Assembly: GCF_009914755.1 (NCBI RefSeq)
Contig: NC_060936.1
Origin: the human T2T-CHM13v2.0 reference genome, Homo sapiens
Length of the DNA stretch: 64,000 nucleotides
Strand: one strand, 5' to 3'
Position 1 is the first letter of the stretch, and each line of letters opens with the position of its first letter. The notes under the pieces were generated by a model, which worked only from the letters and a program-made list of their open reading frames with translations, ran no database searches and was not told where the DNA came from. Position numbers and translations under genes: made by a program. Shown here in pieces: positions 42,795-57,136 of this stretch.

Positions 42795-43380
42795 CAGCAG
42801 GCAGATTTTAAAGTGATCCCCACCTCTTGGTGTTCATGCCTTTGTGTAATGCCCTGACCCTGGGTGTGGGCAGGACCTGAGCCTTGCTTCTAGCCTACAG
42901 AATACAGCAAAGGGGATGAGCTGTCACTCTTGGGATCACATTATGTTATATAAGACTCTGTCTCGGGTGACAAGAGCTAGAGATGCTCCTTGTGGACTTG
43001 ATGAAGGAAGTGGCCCACAGGATGGGATCAGAGAGGTCCACACGATTAGGAAATGTAGGCAGCCTCTGGTAGCTGGGGTAGGGACTCTCTCAACAGCCAA
43101 CAAAAGGCCATGGCCCTCAGTCATACAGCTGCAAGCAAATTAATTCTGCCAATGACACAAATTTGCTTAGAAGCTAATTCTTCCCCTATCAGGCCTCCAG
43201 ATGAGAACATGGCCCAGCCCATACCTTGATTGCAGCCTTGTGAAATCCTGAGCAGAAGACCCAGTTAAGCCAAGCCCAGCCTCCTGACCCCTAGAAACTG
43301 TGAGAAAACAAATGTGTGTTAGTTTAAGCCCCCACATTTGTAAGAATGTGTCATGCAGCAATAGAACATGAATCCAGACA
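42795..43380 (+). mobile_element. MaLR LTR (MLT1E/F-like)
   Basis: gggtgtgggcaggacctg...ttgattgcagccttgtga...agaaactgtgag...gcagcaatagaa. Confidence 0.7.
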
Positions 43381-43419
43381 CTGTGGGGAGGGTGCTACCA
43401 GTCTGTCTCTATCATCCTG

Positions 43420-43925
43420 CTGGACTGGGTTTCCTAGTTATCTGATAACAAATCATCTCAAAAAAGTGGCTTAAAATTATAGAAACCATTGATTATTCCT
43501 CACAATTTCTGTGAGTAGGAATAGGAGGGTGGCTTGGCTGGGCAGCCCTGACACAAGGTCACTCATGCAGCTGCAGACATGTCACCTGGGGCAGCAGTTA
43601 TCTGAAGGCTTCATAGGGGATCGAGGAGCCACTCATGTAGCTGGCAGTTTGGTGCTAGCTGTTGGCTGGGGGCCTCAGTTCCCCTCCACGTGGGCCTCTC
43701 CATGGGGCTGTTTGAGTGTCCTCACAACATGGCGGCTGGCCAAGAGACCAAGGTGGATGCTTCAGTGTCTTTTATGACTTGGAAGCCACACAGCGTCACT
43801 TCCACTGTATTTAGTTGGTCACACCGGATCAGCCTTGATTCAGTATGGGAGGGGACTACACACAGGAGGGTATGAATAACAGGAGGCAGGGACCTCTGGG
43901 GACCATCCTAGAGGCTGGCCACCAT
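43420..43925 (-). mobile_element. MaLR LTR (MLT1-type)
   Basis: taacaaatcatctcaaaaaagtggcttaaaa...gggcctctccatggggctg...agaggctggccaccata. Confidence 0.65.
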
Positions 43926-46356
43926 ACTGGTCTTCTTTCCCTCTAGCATGCTGCCTGCTTGCTCTACTCCAGCCTTTTTGCAGAGACCATTCCCTTTGCC
44001 AGACTCAATCTCTCCCCTCCCTTCCATCACGCCTTCAGCTTATCTTTGAGGTCTCAGCAGGAATCAGCCATGACTTTGTGGGGCCCAAAGCTTATATACT
44101 TAAGGGGCCCTCTTCAAGATCAAAAAGACAAAACCAGCTTGCTTCTGCAAACTTTCCTGATAACATGACCATTGCTAGGGCCCATCCTAGGGCCTCGGGA
44201 GGTACCTGTGCGAACAGGGGGCCCTGAAGCTTCATCTTCACCAGGATCACAATGAATTCTCCTCACTTGCTCAAGAAGCTCTGCCCAATCTCTAGGCTGA
44301 GTAACCTCCATTGCTTCTGTCTCCCTGCATGTCACCTGTATAATTAGGCATTTAACATCTCCTTTGGCCACTAGGGACCAGGTCTTATTCAAAAACTCTT
44401 TTTATGTACTTGCTGTCAGAGAATGATCTAAATGCATGGACACAATAGAGAACCAGGGCCAGATAAGGTCCGTGCCATCCTGTAATCTATGTTCTGGTGG
44501 GAGATAAAGGGGCAATAAATATATAACAAGAAAAAATTTAAAAGATAACTTCAGCTAGAGATGGGTGCAATGGAGAAAGTGAACCAGGGCAATGAGAGAT
44601 CAAAGACAGCCTCTCTGAGACCAGGATGATGAGAGGGAAGATCCAGGGAGATAAGTGTTCCTGGCAGGGGGAACAGCAAGTGCAAAGGCCCTGAGGCAAA
44701 AAGAAGACTTGGGCATTTAAGATTGAGCAGAGAGGCCAGTGCAGCTGGAGCCTAGTGACCAGGGGGAGCAAGGGGCAATGAGGACAGAGGGGCAGGTAAA
44801 GGACGGACCAGGTAAGACTTTGCAGAATAAGCAAGAAGTCTGGATTTTATTTTTATTAAGGTAAAATTCACATACCCTAAAAGTAATCATTGTAAAGCAT
44901 AAAATTCAGTGGCATTTAGTATCTTCGCAATGTTGTGCAACCATCCCTTCTGCCTAATTCTGAGTTTTATTCTAAGTCAATGAGACACCACTGGAGAGTT
45001 CTGAGCAAGGGGTTTGAGCAGTGTTATCATGTGCTCATCCCAGAGGCATCCCATCCAAGGGCACGCGTGGGAAGGCAAGGTGTGTTTCCACCAGAATTTC
45101 CCCAGGCAGCGTCCTCCTTCCCTTTCTGGAAACAAGACTTGCCCCAAGACATCTGCTTCCCTTTTCCTTCAAACTCTTCCTTCTCTGCTCTTCAGAGCAA
45201 GCTAGCTAAGGTGGGGGGATGGCAGAAGATGGGGAGGAGGGAGGAAGATGGGTTTTTAATTTCCAGCTTCCAATGTCAAAAGGCAATTTCATGCCTACTG
45301 CTGTGATTAGGCCAGCAGAAGGGACCAAGCCTGGCGGCTAATGGGGGGCAGGCTCCTGAGGATTCAGAGTTCCTGATTTTTCTCCCTCATAGGGACAAGA
45401 ATTTCTAGTGGTGTTTACCCCTGCCTTCCACTCCAGTGATGCATCTCAGAGCCTTGGGTCATGGACCATGGTGTTAGTGGAGAGGATACTAATTTGTCAT
45501 AGACCACAGCCTTAACTCTGTTCCCAGCAGCCTCTGATTCTCTGAACCATTGCCGGGGCCACAGATCCCATTCTTTCCGTCTCATGGAGGGTAACTGTGC
45601 AGGCTCCCTGGGTCTGAATCCTGCCCCTGCCACTTGCCAGCCATGCATCCTTGAGCAAGTGCTCTAATTTCTCCATGCCTCAGCCTCCTCACCAGGAAAT
45701 AGGGACACAAACAGCCCCTGCCTTGTAGGGGTGATGTGAGGATTGAATGAGGTAATGCAGGCACACAGGGGACTTACATGAGAGATAATAAGCTGAGGCG
45801 GGCACACAGTGGGCATGTGTGAGAGATAATTAGGTAATGTGGGCACCAATAGATGTTATGTCAGTGTTCGCTTAAAAAGAAAAGGCAAAAAGAACACAAG
45901 ATAGAACCCAAAATGTTACCAGAGACTTCGAGGCTGGAATTCTAGACATTTATGTGAATTCAAGAGATTTTTGGAGACCTAGTTGGCAACCAGTTTAAAC
46001 TTATTTTAAAAAGCTATGTGGCCCCCAAAAGCCATCTCTCTGCCAGGCAGATGCTGTGGTCAACCTGGGACCCAGGACTTCAGACTTCCTGTCCTGAATC
46101 ATTTCCACTCCAGTTGTAGAAGTCTACTGTTCTGGAATCTTTTTTGAAATATCTTTACCCTCCAGGTTTCCATGAGCTTGCTGAAAATGTCATGGAGTGT
46201 CTACTGTGTACTAAGCACATAGCAAAATAAACTCATTAGAAGCCTAAGAGGGAAGTATGTGTGTCCCATTGCAGAGAGGAGCAGATTGAAGCTCTGAGAG
46301 AGATGATCCTTTTGTCCACAGTTTCCCAGACAGTGAGTTTCCCGGCAGGAATTTGA

Positions 46357-46551
<195 letters not shown>

Positions 46552-48113
46552 TGAGGCTTAACGCTTCCCATTCACCCCAGAGCTGCTGTGGCAGGAGGGT
46601 GTGCTGGGCTGGAGCAGGGCTTTGGCCTCAAACGGGGTGTGCTGGGCTGCCTCTGGGCTTTGCCATTTGTGACTTACGGGGCCACCTCCCCGCCCCACCC
46701 CCTTCCCCACTGGCAGACGTGGGATCTTTGTTGCATGAGTTGGGAGAGCTAGGAGAAGAGAAAAGGGACTAGAGGAGAGATTGGGCTGCGAGTGAGGAGG
46801 TTCTTGGCTGGGGGTGCATTGAAGAAGGGGCAGGGGGAGGGGTCTTGTGATAGGGAAAGAGGAGATGTCATTGGAGGCTGCAAGAAGCGGGGTGGGTGTG
46901 AGCATCAGGTGTCTCAGCTAATCACAGCTGCATAGGGATGTGTTCTGGAGATGAGAGCCATGTAGGTGTCAGAAGGTACAGCTGAGGGCAAGGTTAGGAG
47001 GACAGAGAGTAGGTAAAAAAGAGTGTGTAAAAGAGAGAGCATGTTTGAAATTAGTTACTTAAGACAATCGGAGAAACCAGTCCTATAACAGTCAGGCAGC
47101 ATGTGAGTGAGGAAGCAGAGGTTAACCTGATGGGTCCAGACTCCAAGAACCCGGGGTCCCATGCCAGCTCCCCACTTGCCTGCTGTGGATCTTGGGCATG
47201 TTGCTTGACCTCTCTGAGCCCCAGTTTGCTTACTGGCAGAATGGGGGAAATAACAGTAATTATCCTATAAGACTCTTGTAAGTGTTGGGATGACACATGC
47301 ACAGTTCCTGACCCAGGCTCTGGTGACACTATGTGTTTAATAAATGGTAGGAAGGAGGGGAAAGTGGGGCTCAGAGGGTGGGGATAATGAAAACATGTTT
47401 GGGAGAGAAGCAAGGCTTATAAGAAGGATGTGTGAAGAGTGGAAGAGAGTGACAAAATCAATGAGCAGGGACAGTACTGGAGAGCAAGGAGTGGCATGGG
47501 TGTGGGCTGGAGCTGGGGGACTGGGGAAAATGTGGGGCATCATCAGGGTGGGAGGAGTGACTGAGAGAAGGGAGTGAGGGTATGTGTTTGGAGGACTCTT
47601 GGTATAAATGGAGACTGGCTGCCGGGATACAGAGAGGCCACTGGAGTGGTCTTCCTAGACCCGAATATCAAACAGGAAATGGGAAGGCAGGTTGCTGGGA
47701 TACCACCTCCACCCTATGCCCCTACCCAAGCCCTTCTGCCAGGGGAAGCCATTGCCAACTGCTTACAGCGGATTTGGGCACTGAGATGCCCACTGATTCC
47801 CTACCCAGACACTCAGCTGGGGGTTAACGAGGTTCTTGGATGGAAAATGATGCTCTGGGGATGCAGGAAGTGGATGCCTTTGATTTGAGCCTCTGCAGAT
47901 AATTGCACTCAGGGCAGGCTAGGGAAATAGGGGGTGTTGTTGACAAGTGACAAACATCTGCCACAGGATGTGTCAGCTTCACACTTGGCCCTCTGTCAGC
48001 CTCCTCGGGTGGTCACGGAGGGGATAGGTCTGAGAGGCTTGCTTATGGAGTTAGGTTTTTATTTTGCTTTGCTTTTTAAAAGATATTTCAGGAGTGGGAA
48101 GTTCTCCAGACTG

Positions 48114-48116
<3 letters not shown>

Positions 48117-48145
<29 letters not shown>

Positions 48146-48165
48146 CATGTGTGTGTATGTGTGTG
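48117..48165. repeat. (GT)n microsatellite
   Basis: Visible; other (GT)n runs occur at ~9597, 16176 and 55195. Confidence 0.9.
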
Positions 48166-50609
48166 TATCTTTATACAACGATGGGCCTCAGTCATGAGGG
48201 AAGGAAAGATATGTATGTTAAAGGTAAACGGTGAAAGCAAGAACTCTGTTCAACCTTTTTCTTGCATGGCACTTACCACCAGCTATCACATTTTATATTT
48301 TACATATTTTCTTTAAGTATTGTACGTCTCTCCCCATTAGATTAAGATTCCTAAGGGTAGGTATTTTTGCCGGTTTTGTTCACTGCCATATTCCCAAAGC
48401 CTGGTACATAATAGGTGCACAGCAAAATATTTGTTGAGTGAATGAATGAACATGGAAGATGAGGCTATCTCCCAACTTCTTTCTACATTGCCTGTGGCCA
48501 AGAGGCTTGGGAGTTTATAGTCTTATCCAGGGTCCAAATTCCCAGGGAAAGTACTCTGACTGGCTTATGTCAGATACTATTCCTTGTCCAGTCAACTGCA
48601 GCCAGGCGTGCCAAGCCCAGTTGTATCAACATGGCCACTGGGCTGCCTCTGGGGGTCAGGGGAGGTCCTTGTGGACTGAGCAGATCCCAGCTTAAATGAT
48701 CTAGAACAGGGTAAATGAGGTCCCTGTTTTACCTTCAATGCCCTGCTGTATTCTCCCTACCAACCTGGTGACATGGTGGCAGAGCATTGTGGTTAAGAGC
48801 TGGGGTTGCACAGTCAGGGAGATCTGGGTCCAAATTCCAGTTCTGCCACTTACCCACTGCATGCCCTTAGATAAGCCACTTTACCTCCCTGTGCCTCAGT
48901 TTCCTCATCTGCAAAATGGGGATAACATTATCACATACATCTGAGTGAGTATTTAATTAGCATGCAAAGGATTATCGTGGTGAGTTGTACAAAGTACATG
49001 CTTAATAAATAATGGCAATTATTTAATGGTGAGGTGTTTTTTTTTTAATGAGAAAGCTGATTTTTGACACTAGCTGAAGCCTTTGTTCTAGAAGTCTGCC
49101 CTGAGACTCCTGTTTGGCAAGTCCTGAAATTCTAGCAGCCCCTGGCTTCCCCTGAAGGAGATTTGAGAGGCTTCCAGGGGAGCTTGGGCCAAGTCTTTGG
49201 TGACAGAATGTCCCTTTGCTGAGACAATGTGTTTTCTGCCTGGCTTCCCAGAGTGGGGAGGACAGTCCCGGAAGATTCTGGCTGTGGTTGTTCCACAGCG
49301 CCCTTCCTGCAGCCAGCCCTTGCTGGTAGCATCGCCAGAGGCAAACCCAATGCTATTTGTGTCTTATAAACTCAAACCTGCCCTGATTCCTGTTCCACCC
49401 ACACTTCCCTGGGAGGGGATCAGAGAAGAGTCAGATGAAAGCCAAGTGAAACATCAGACATGGAGCCAAACTGAAAATGGGGGTGCTAACTGGGGCTCCC
49501 ACTGCAGAACATGAGGATCTCAGTTAGTGAGCTCTTGGGACCTCAGTTCCCCACCCATCAAATGACTCAGTCTCTTTCTCAAGATTCTTCCTGCTCAGAA
49601 TCTACAGTATTTTGGGGGTGTCTGGTGAGGGGCCTCACACCCTATTGCTGGCTGTACCTCTCAGAGTAAATGAGCTCCTTCTATGTTGAAATCGCCAATG
49701 TAGCTGTGTCCCTTACTGGGTCCAGACATCAGCCCCATGATGCTGAATGTTCTTTTCTGTTATCTGAGTGAAAGCTATCTGGGAGAGTTATGAAATCACT
49801 GTTGATAAACATGATAAATAATCATCATGATGGATGCAATTTATTAAGCACTTACTAGGTATGTGCTTAACTCATTAACTGCTCCTCTCAACCTTGTCAA
49901 GTAAGCTATTATTATCCCCATTTTGCAGGTGAGGAAACCGAAGCTTAGAGAGTTTAGGTCATTTGCCCAAGGTCGTATGCAGGCAAGGTACACATCCCTA
50001 TTGGCTGACTCTCGGAACTATGCTCTTAAATGTCTGAGATGTTTTTCCTGAAGATGTGTTGCAAATTCCTAGGCTCTGTAGAACATGGAAATTTTAATTA
50101 CTCAGGTTTGGAGGGGACATTTTGAGAGCTGGAAGTTGAAACCCTTTCTGTGCTGGCCCAATTATTATTTTCAGCTCTTATTAACCTGTCTTTACCTTCC
50201 AAAGCTGCCAGAGCTAGTCTGCATGCTGCTGTGGTTCTGAGAGTTCCAGGAGAGAAATGCCCTCAGGCTTACCAGGAAGCATTGCCTCCCTGGGGCAGTT
50301 TTGCAAGGGTTAGCTGTCCCAGGGAGCCCCAGGCCATGCGCAGCAACCCAGAGCAGCTTCATTCCATGGAGCTCATGGGCTTCTGCCAGGAGGAATCTAA
50401 ATCTTCACTCACCACTCAGTTCACAACCCAGCTCTGTTCTCTTCAGCTTCCCAGGAGGGAGAGAGGATGGCCAGAAGAGAAACTCATTAACCAACCTCAT
50501 TTTGCCCCCACATTTCTTATATAAGTGCCAAGTGGGATTTCAGAATTTATTTTGCATGCCCGACTGCTACAGATTTTCTATATTAGTTAGGACACTTTGC
50601 TCACAAGAA

Positions 50610-51115
50610 AGGAAACTAATTCCAGCTAGGTTGTTTCGGTCATCTATTGCAATATAACAAACCACCCAAAACTTCGTGGCTTAGAGCAAAACAGTGTATT
50701 ATTTTCATGATTTTATGGGTTAAGGATTCAGACAGAGCTCTGCTGGGCAGGTTTTCTGCTTCAGGGGACGTGGGCTAGGTTTGCTCACTCAGCTGCATTC
50801 AGTCAGTGGTTGGGCTGGGCTGGAAGGTGCAAGAAAGCTTTACTCCCCCGTCTGTACCTTGGTGCTCTTCAGGTAGCCCCTCTCTTTGCATTTCATCCTT
50901 CCTTATTCATTAGTCTGGCCTGAGCTCCTTTACATGGCAGTTGGATCCCAAGGGAGCAAAGATAGGTGTTGCCTGGTCTCTTAACAGCTGGGTCTGGAAC
51001 TGGCAGGGTATCATTTCCATCACTTTCTATTGAGGACAGGAAATAGATCCTATCTCCTTATGTGATAAATGGCATGTGCATGCAGAGGAGGAAGGCATTA
51101 TTGGTGGCTATCTTT
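50610..51115 (-). mobile_element. MaLR LTR remnant (MLT1-type)
   Basis: ctattgcaatataacaaaccacccaaaacttcgtggcttag... Confidence 0.6.
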
Positions 51116-52219
51116 ATCCCATTATGTAGAAAGAGAAATTTGATATAAGGGTTCAGAGATATCTCCAGGGATCTGAGGACAAGAACACAGCCTAGCCTCA
51201 TAAAAGGCCTACTTCTCATCCCATATATTAGAAAATATAGCCACGCTAGCTAGAGTCTCCCAGTTTTTATAGCTCTTCTTAGTCTAAATTCCAAATTCCT
51301 ACGGAAGGAACTCTGATTGACCTAGCTTGCCCTAGATGCCTGCCCCTCATCCTATCAGCAGTGGCCAGAGGTGCCAGGCTAGACACACGTGGCTGCTGAG
51401 CACTTCTCCTGAGCATAAAAGGGCCCCTTTGTGAGTTGCAAAGCCACACCTAGGTTACTCACAGGACTTTTAGAATGTATTAAGTTTGGAATTAGACATT
51501 TGCCTCCAAAATTGGTTTGCATTTCCACCTCTCTCCCTGGCATTGGTAAGGCCCTCTTTATCCTTATTATATTTCTCTCTGTCCAGAGCCTCTCAAAGGC
51601 ATTTGCTCACATATCTTGCCTGTGAAGGGACTGGCAGTTGGGTGGCTTCCATTCGAGGTCAGCTTCCCTAAACAGATGGGCCCAAAAAAGTAATTAGGAT
51701 TTGTCATTAACCTTGGCATCCAGACGCCGTGATGGAGGAGGAAGTCAGAGAGACTTGTTGTTGACAGGATCTGTCACACCCCTATCACCTTCCCATCTTG
51801 ATTCCACCTTCCCCTGTGTTTTTGGCATATATTTTTTCCAAAATATGGACAGAGGGAGAAGTGAGTAATAATGCCTGGAACTTGCTATGTCTAATTATCT
51901 AATTAGGCAGACATCTGTCCTATGGCTTGACAAGCCAACCATAAGCCAGGTCATACTCTCCTCTTTCTAAAGGAGGACTCTTCTCCCGCATTTAAACCTA
52001 AAGTCTTCAACATTCTATGGATGGGAGTCAGGGACTTGGGGGCATTCTGATATTATCAACATATTTATGCATGTGTCTATGTGCATTTTTTTCTCAAGAA
52101 ACATAGATTTTATCAAGTTTGGGGGGACTCTGAACCCTCCAGTGTTGGGGATTATTGAGTAGTACCTCAGTTTTCTCAGGGATTGGACCAGTGCTTTTTC
52201 CAATGTCCAGCTAGCCCTA

Positions 52220-52550
<331 letters not shown>

Positions 52551-52766
52551 TCAAAATAGAAGTTTTCTGGATTCCTTAATTAGCTCGATGCCTGCCATAA
52601 AAGAAAGAACAAATACATGTTGAATGAATAATGCATACTAAGTGAACCATAAACCCAACTAAGATGCTTATCAAATCACTTTACCCTTACGGCGTCCCTC
52701 ATGGCCTCCCTGACCTCATCTGTAAAATGGGAAGTTGGATGGGATAGTCTTCAAATCCCTCTAGCT

Positions 52767-52985
52767 CAGGGCTTCTCAAGTTCAGCACTATTTATGTTTT
52801 GGGACAGATAATTCTTTGTGTGGGGGCTGTTTTGTACATTGTCAACTGTTCAGCAGCATCTCTGGTCTCTACCCTCTAAGATGCCTGGTTTAATTCCCTA
52901 CCCAGTTGCAACAACTAAAAATGTCTCCAGACACTGCTCAGTGTCCCCGAGGGGCAAAGTCACCTCCTGTTGAGAACCACTGCTC
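52767..52985 (-). mobile_element. MER20 hAT DNA transposon
   Basis: cccagttgcaacaactaaaaatgtctccagacactgc...ggggcaaagtcacctcctgttgagaaccactg. Confidence 0.8.
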
Positions 52986-54584
52986 TAGCCCTTTTGTTGG
53001 TGGAGAAGGAATGGGAGATGAAATGGACTGCGATTTTTCTTGCAATAGTAACTCAACTTCTAGCAAAATAATCACAACGGACAACTCTTATTGGCATCAT
53101 GTGCCAGCACTGTGCTCAGAGCTTTATGTAGATTCATTTATGTAAACTTCACAGGAATCCTATGCAATAGCACATATTACAATCATTCCCATTTCACAGA
53201 TGAGGAAACTGAAGAACAGAGAGGTTTAGCAGCTTGCCCAGAGTCACACAGTTAATAAGTGGTGGGGACTGGGATTATGAATCCGGGCTGGCTGGCTCCA
53301 GAATTAGGCTCCTATTCTGCTATTCCATAGAGAAACAAATATTTATCTCCAAGCCCTGTGCTAGGAACTTTTAAATATCATATATTTCGTTTAATCCTCA
53401 TAATGTCCTCACTGAGAGACAGACAAGCATCTCTGCTTTACAGCTGAGTAAACTGAAGCTCAGGGAAGTTAAGCCACTTGCCCAGAGGCACACAGCCTTT
53501 ATGTGGCCAAACCAGACTTTGAACTTGAATCTGTCTTTCCACTTTATCCTATTGCTTTTGGAGAGTACAGGTGGGAAAGGCAATTGATGGATGATTTCGG
53601 GGATTCAGAGAAGTCAATAATGACAGGGTATCTCAAACATTTATTGAAGTTAATTGATCGTTTCATATGTTTCTTCATTCAGTTGAACAGTTCATTCCTC
53701 TTTACCACAGTGATCCTTGTCCCCTTCAGGCCTCAGCACCACATTCTCCCAACTCTATTTTCCATGACAGGAAAGGGCAGGGAGAAGGGTCAGAAAGAAC
53801 CCCAACCATAAGCACTGACATGAAACAAAGATTTCATTCTTCTAGCCTCTGGGCAGCTGGACCTAACTTCCAAATCCAGCTCTTCCACCCTTGAGCCCTG
53901 TACACTTGGGCAAGTGAGTTCCCATCTGTGTGCCTTGGTTTCCCCATCTGTAAAATGGGAGTGAATAATAGAGCTTCTCTCCCAGATTGTTGATGGCTTA
54001 AGGAAAACAATGCATATAGAGTACTTAGCATAGCACCTGGCACAGTGAGCACTCAGAAACAACAATCACAACTATTGCTGTTCCTGGGTTTGTCATGACA
54101 CAGCACCTTGCCCAGCATGGACTGCACTAGCCCAGCTGAGCCCTCCAGTGGTCTTTCTCTCTTGGCTCCCTCGTCTCCGACTCTGAACCAAGGTGACCTC
54201 CTTCCCCAAAGTGCTGAGGCCCAGGCAGGAATCCCATTCACCAGTCCCTCAAGGAGACAGATTGAGATCTAGGGCTCCCCAGGTGGTGACAGTAACAAAC
54301 AACAGGGAGAATTAATGAGTCTGAAATGCACATGCCCTGCATGCCAGCGTGTGTCTTCCTGATGGAGCAGCTCAGTCATTTAAGGACAGGTTCCTGAGAG
54401 ACCCTGGCATTAGAGCCTCAGGCCAGCCCCCATCAGAGCAGCCATTTCCCCATTCCCAGCAGATGGCCCAATTTTGACTTCAGAAAGTGCCAACTTTAAT
54501 AAACTCAACAGTAATATCCCCCTACTTGGCAATTAGGGTGAGGTGAAGAGCGAGCAGGGATTCTGGAATTGATGGTGTGGTGTG

Positions 54585-54668
54585 TGGTGTGTGTGTGTGA
54601 GAGACAGAGAGAGAGAGAGAAAGACAGAAAGACAGAGAAAGAGGCAAAAATCAGAGAGAGACAGAGAG
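54585..54668. repeat. (GT)n-(GA)n compound repeat
   Basis: Directly visible. Confidence 0.8.
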
Positions 54669-55979
54669 GGGCAACATGACATTGTACCCACTCTCCCACT
54701 TTGCTGCGTTTTTCTGAATGGTGAAATCGTGGTCAGCCACTGCTTCTAAAGGCAGCTGCTCTGGCTGCATCCCATCGGTTGGTGGAACCCCAGCTTTTGG
54801 CCATTTCCTCTGCTGATTCAGAGACTGGCACATAAACCCATCACACTGGGGCAAGCAGGGTGCAGGGTGTCTCTCCCAGGCTCTGCTGCACACCACATGA
54901 AGCCTACTTTCTGGGACAATTGTACATCCATTAACCTTTTCCTCGACACGCATCAAGATGTTGCAGCAGTACGGGAAAGGTCAAAAGTAGTTACTTGAAT
55001 GTTTCTGAGGTCAGTTTGGGCTTTTTGTGGGAGGCTGAGCATCAGAAATAAGCAGAGGTCGGTCCTCCACTGAACTTATGACCTTACTCGAAGAAGGCAA
55101 CTGATTGGATCTGATCTCTCTGTAAGAGCCCAGTGTGTACAGACATGCATGTAAAAGTGTATTCTTGCATGTAGGTTCTGATCACACATGTGCATGTGTG
55201 TGTGTGTGTGTGTGTGTGTGTATTCATAGCCGTAAGTACACATGCCTCTACAGGCGTGCCTGTGGATATATATGTGTGGATGCATGTGTCATCTGTGTGT
55301 GTGTGTGTTTAGAGATAGATAGGCACTTGAGTCCTATAAATTTCTCATCAATGTGGCCCCTTTAAAAGCTTTAGAAAGACAGACTTCGCAGGCAGATGAT
55401 AGCATCCTGGTTACCCAGAAAAAATATGAGTACAGGGATATATAAAAGCTACAGATTTTTAGAATAAATAACTAGCAGCAACCATTACTGAATAGTTACC
55501 ATGTTCCGGGCATTTTACAAACACTATCTCATTTTATCTTTGCAACAATCCTAGGAGGTAAGGGCTTTATTTCCCTAATTTACAGATAAAGAAATTGAAG
55601 CTCGGAAAGGTTAAGGAGATTTCCTGGGGTCACAGAGCTGGGAAGCGGCAAAGTCCAGATATAGGGCCAGGCAAGCTCACTCCAGAATTGGCACCCCAAC
55701 CCCTGCGTCATAACTGCTTCCTACTAAATCCTGAAAGTGAGCACATCTGCAGGGGTGTGTGTGTGTGTGTCTGTGTCTGTGTTGGCATGCCTGTGTATCG
55801 GGAGTCTACGCTTTCTTGGGGCTGCATGTAAACACCTGAAGAAAGTGACCGGAACCTCACAGGGTCAAAAGCTTGGCTTGCCTGACATCCACAGCCAGTC
55901 AGGGAGGAATTGTTCTGCAGAGGAGAGCTAAAGTTGGATTCAGACCCAAATCAGGCTCTGGTGACTGATGGGGCAAAAA

Positions 55980-56445
55980 TGTGGGCGTGGCAGGCAAAAC
56001 AATGGCCTCCCCCAAAATGTTCACATCCCAATCCCTGGAGCTTGTGCATATGTTACCTCCAGTGGCAAAAGGGTCTTTGCAGCTGTGATAGTTATGAATC
56101 TTGAGATGGGGAGATTATCCTGGATTATCCAGATGGACCCCATAGGAAACAAGGGTTTCCTATGAGAGGGAACAGGAAGGTCAGAGTCACGGAGAGATTA
56201 AAAGATGCCCTACTGCTGGTTTTGAAAAGGGAGGAAGGGGCCATGAGCCAAAGAATGCAGCTGACTTCTAGAAACTGGAAAAGGCCCGGGAACAGATTCT
56301 CTCCTAGAGCCTTCAGAAGGATTGAAGCCCTGTCAATGCCTCCACTTTAGCCTTGACCTCTAGAGCTGTTAAGATACATGTATATGGTTTAAGCCCCGAA
56401 GTTGTGATAATTTGTTCCAGCAGCCACAGAAAGCTAATAGAGAGT
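55980..56445 (+). mobile_element. MaLR LTR (MLT1D-like)
   Basis: aatggcctccccc...atgttacc...ttgagatggggagattatcctggattatcc...gattctctcctagagccttcagaagg...cagcagccacagaaagctaata. Confidence 0.8.
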
Positions 56446-56693
56446 GATTCCTTGAAACCTGCTGGCGTGCAATGGCATTTTGTGGCCCTCCTGATATGCT
56501 CTTTCACCACCACTGAGTTAGACCCATTTGGACCAACCTTGTAGTTTCAAAAGACTTGCTCAGCTCCATGTGTACAGAAAGACCAGAAACCTGCCTGCTT
56601 CATTCTACCTGGAACAGCCGCAGCATCTGAAACTCTCACTGCACTGAGCCTCCCAAGGGCTCCATTCATCTGTCCAAGTGTTGTCTCTAAATG

Positions 56694-57136
<443 letters not shown>

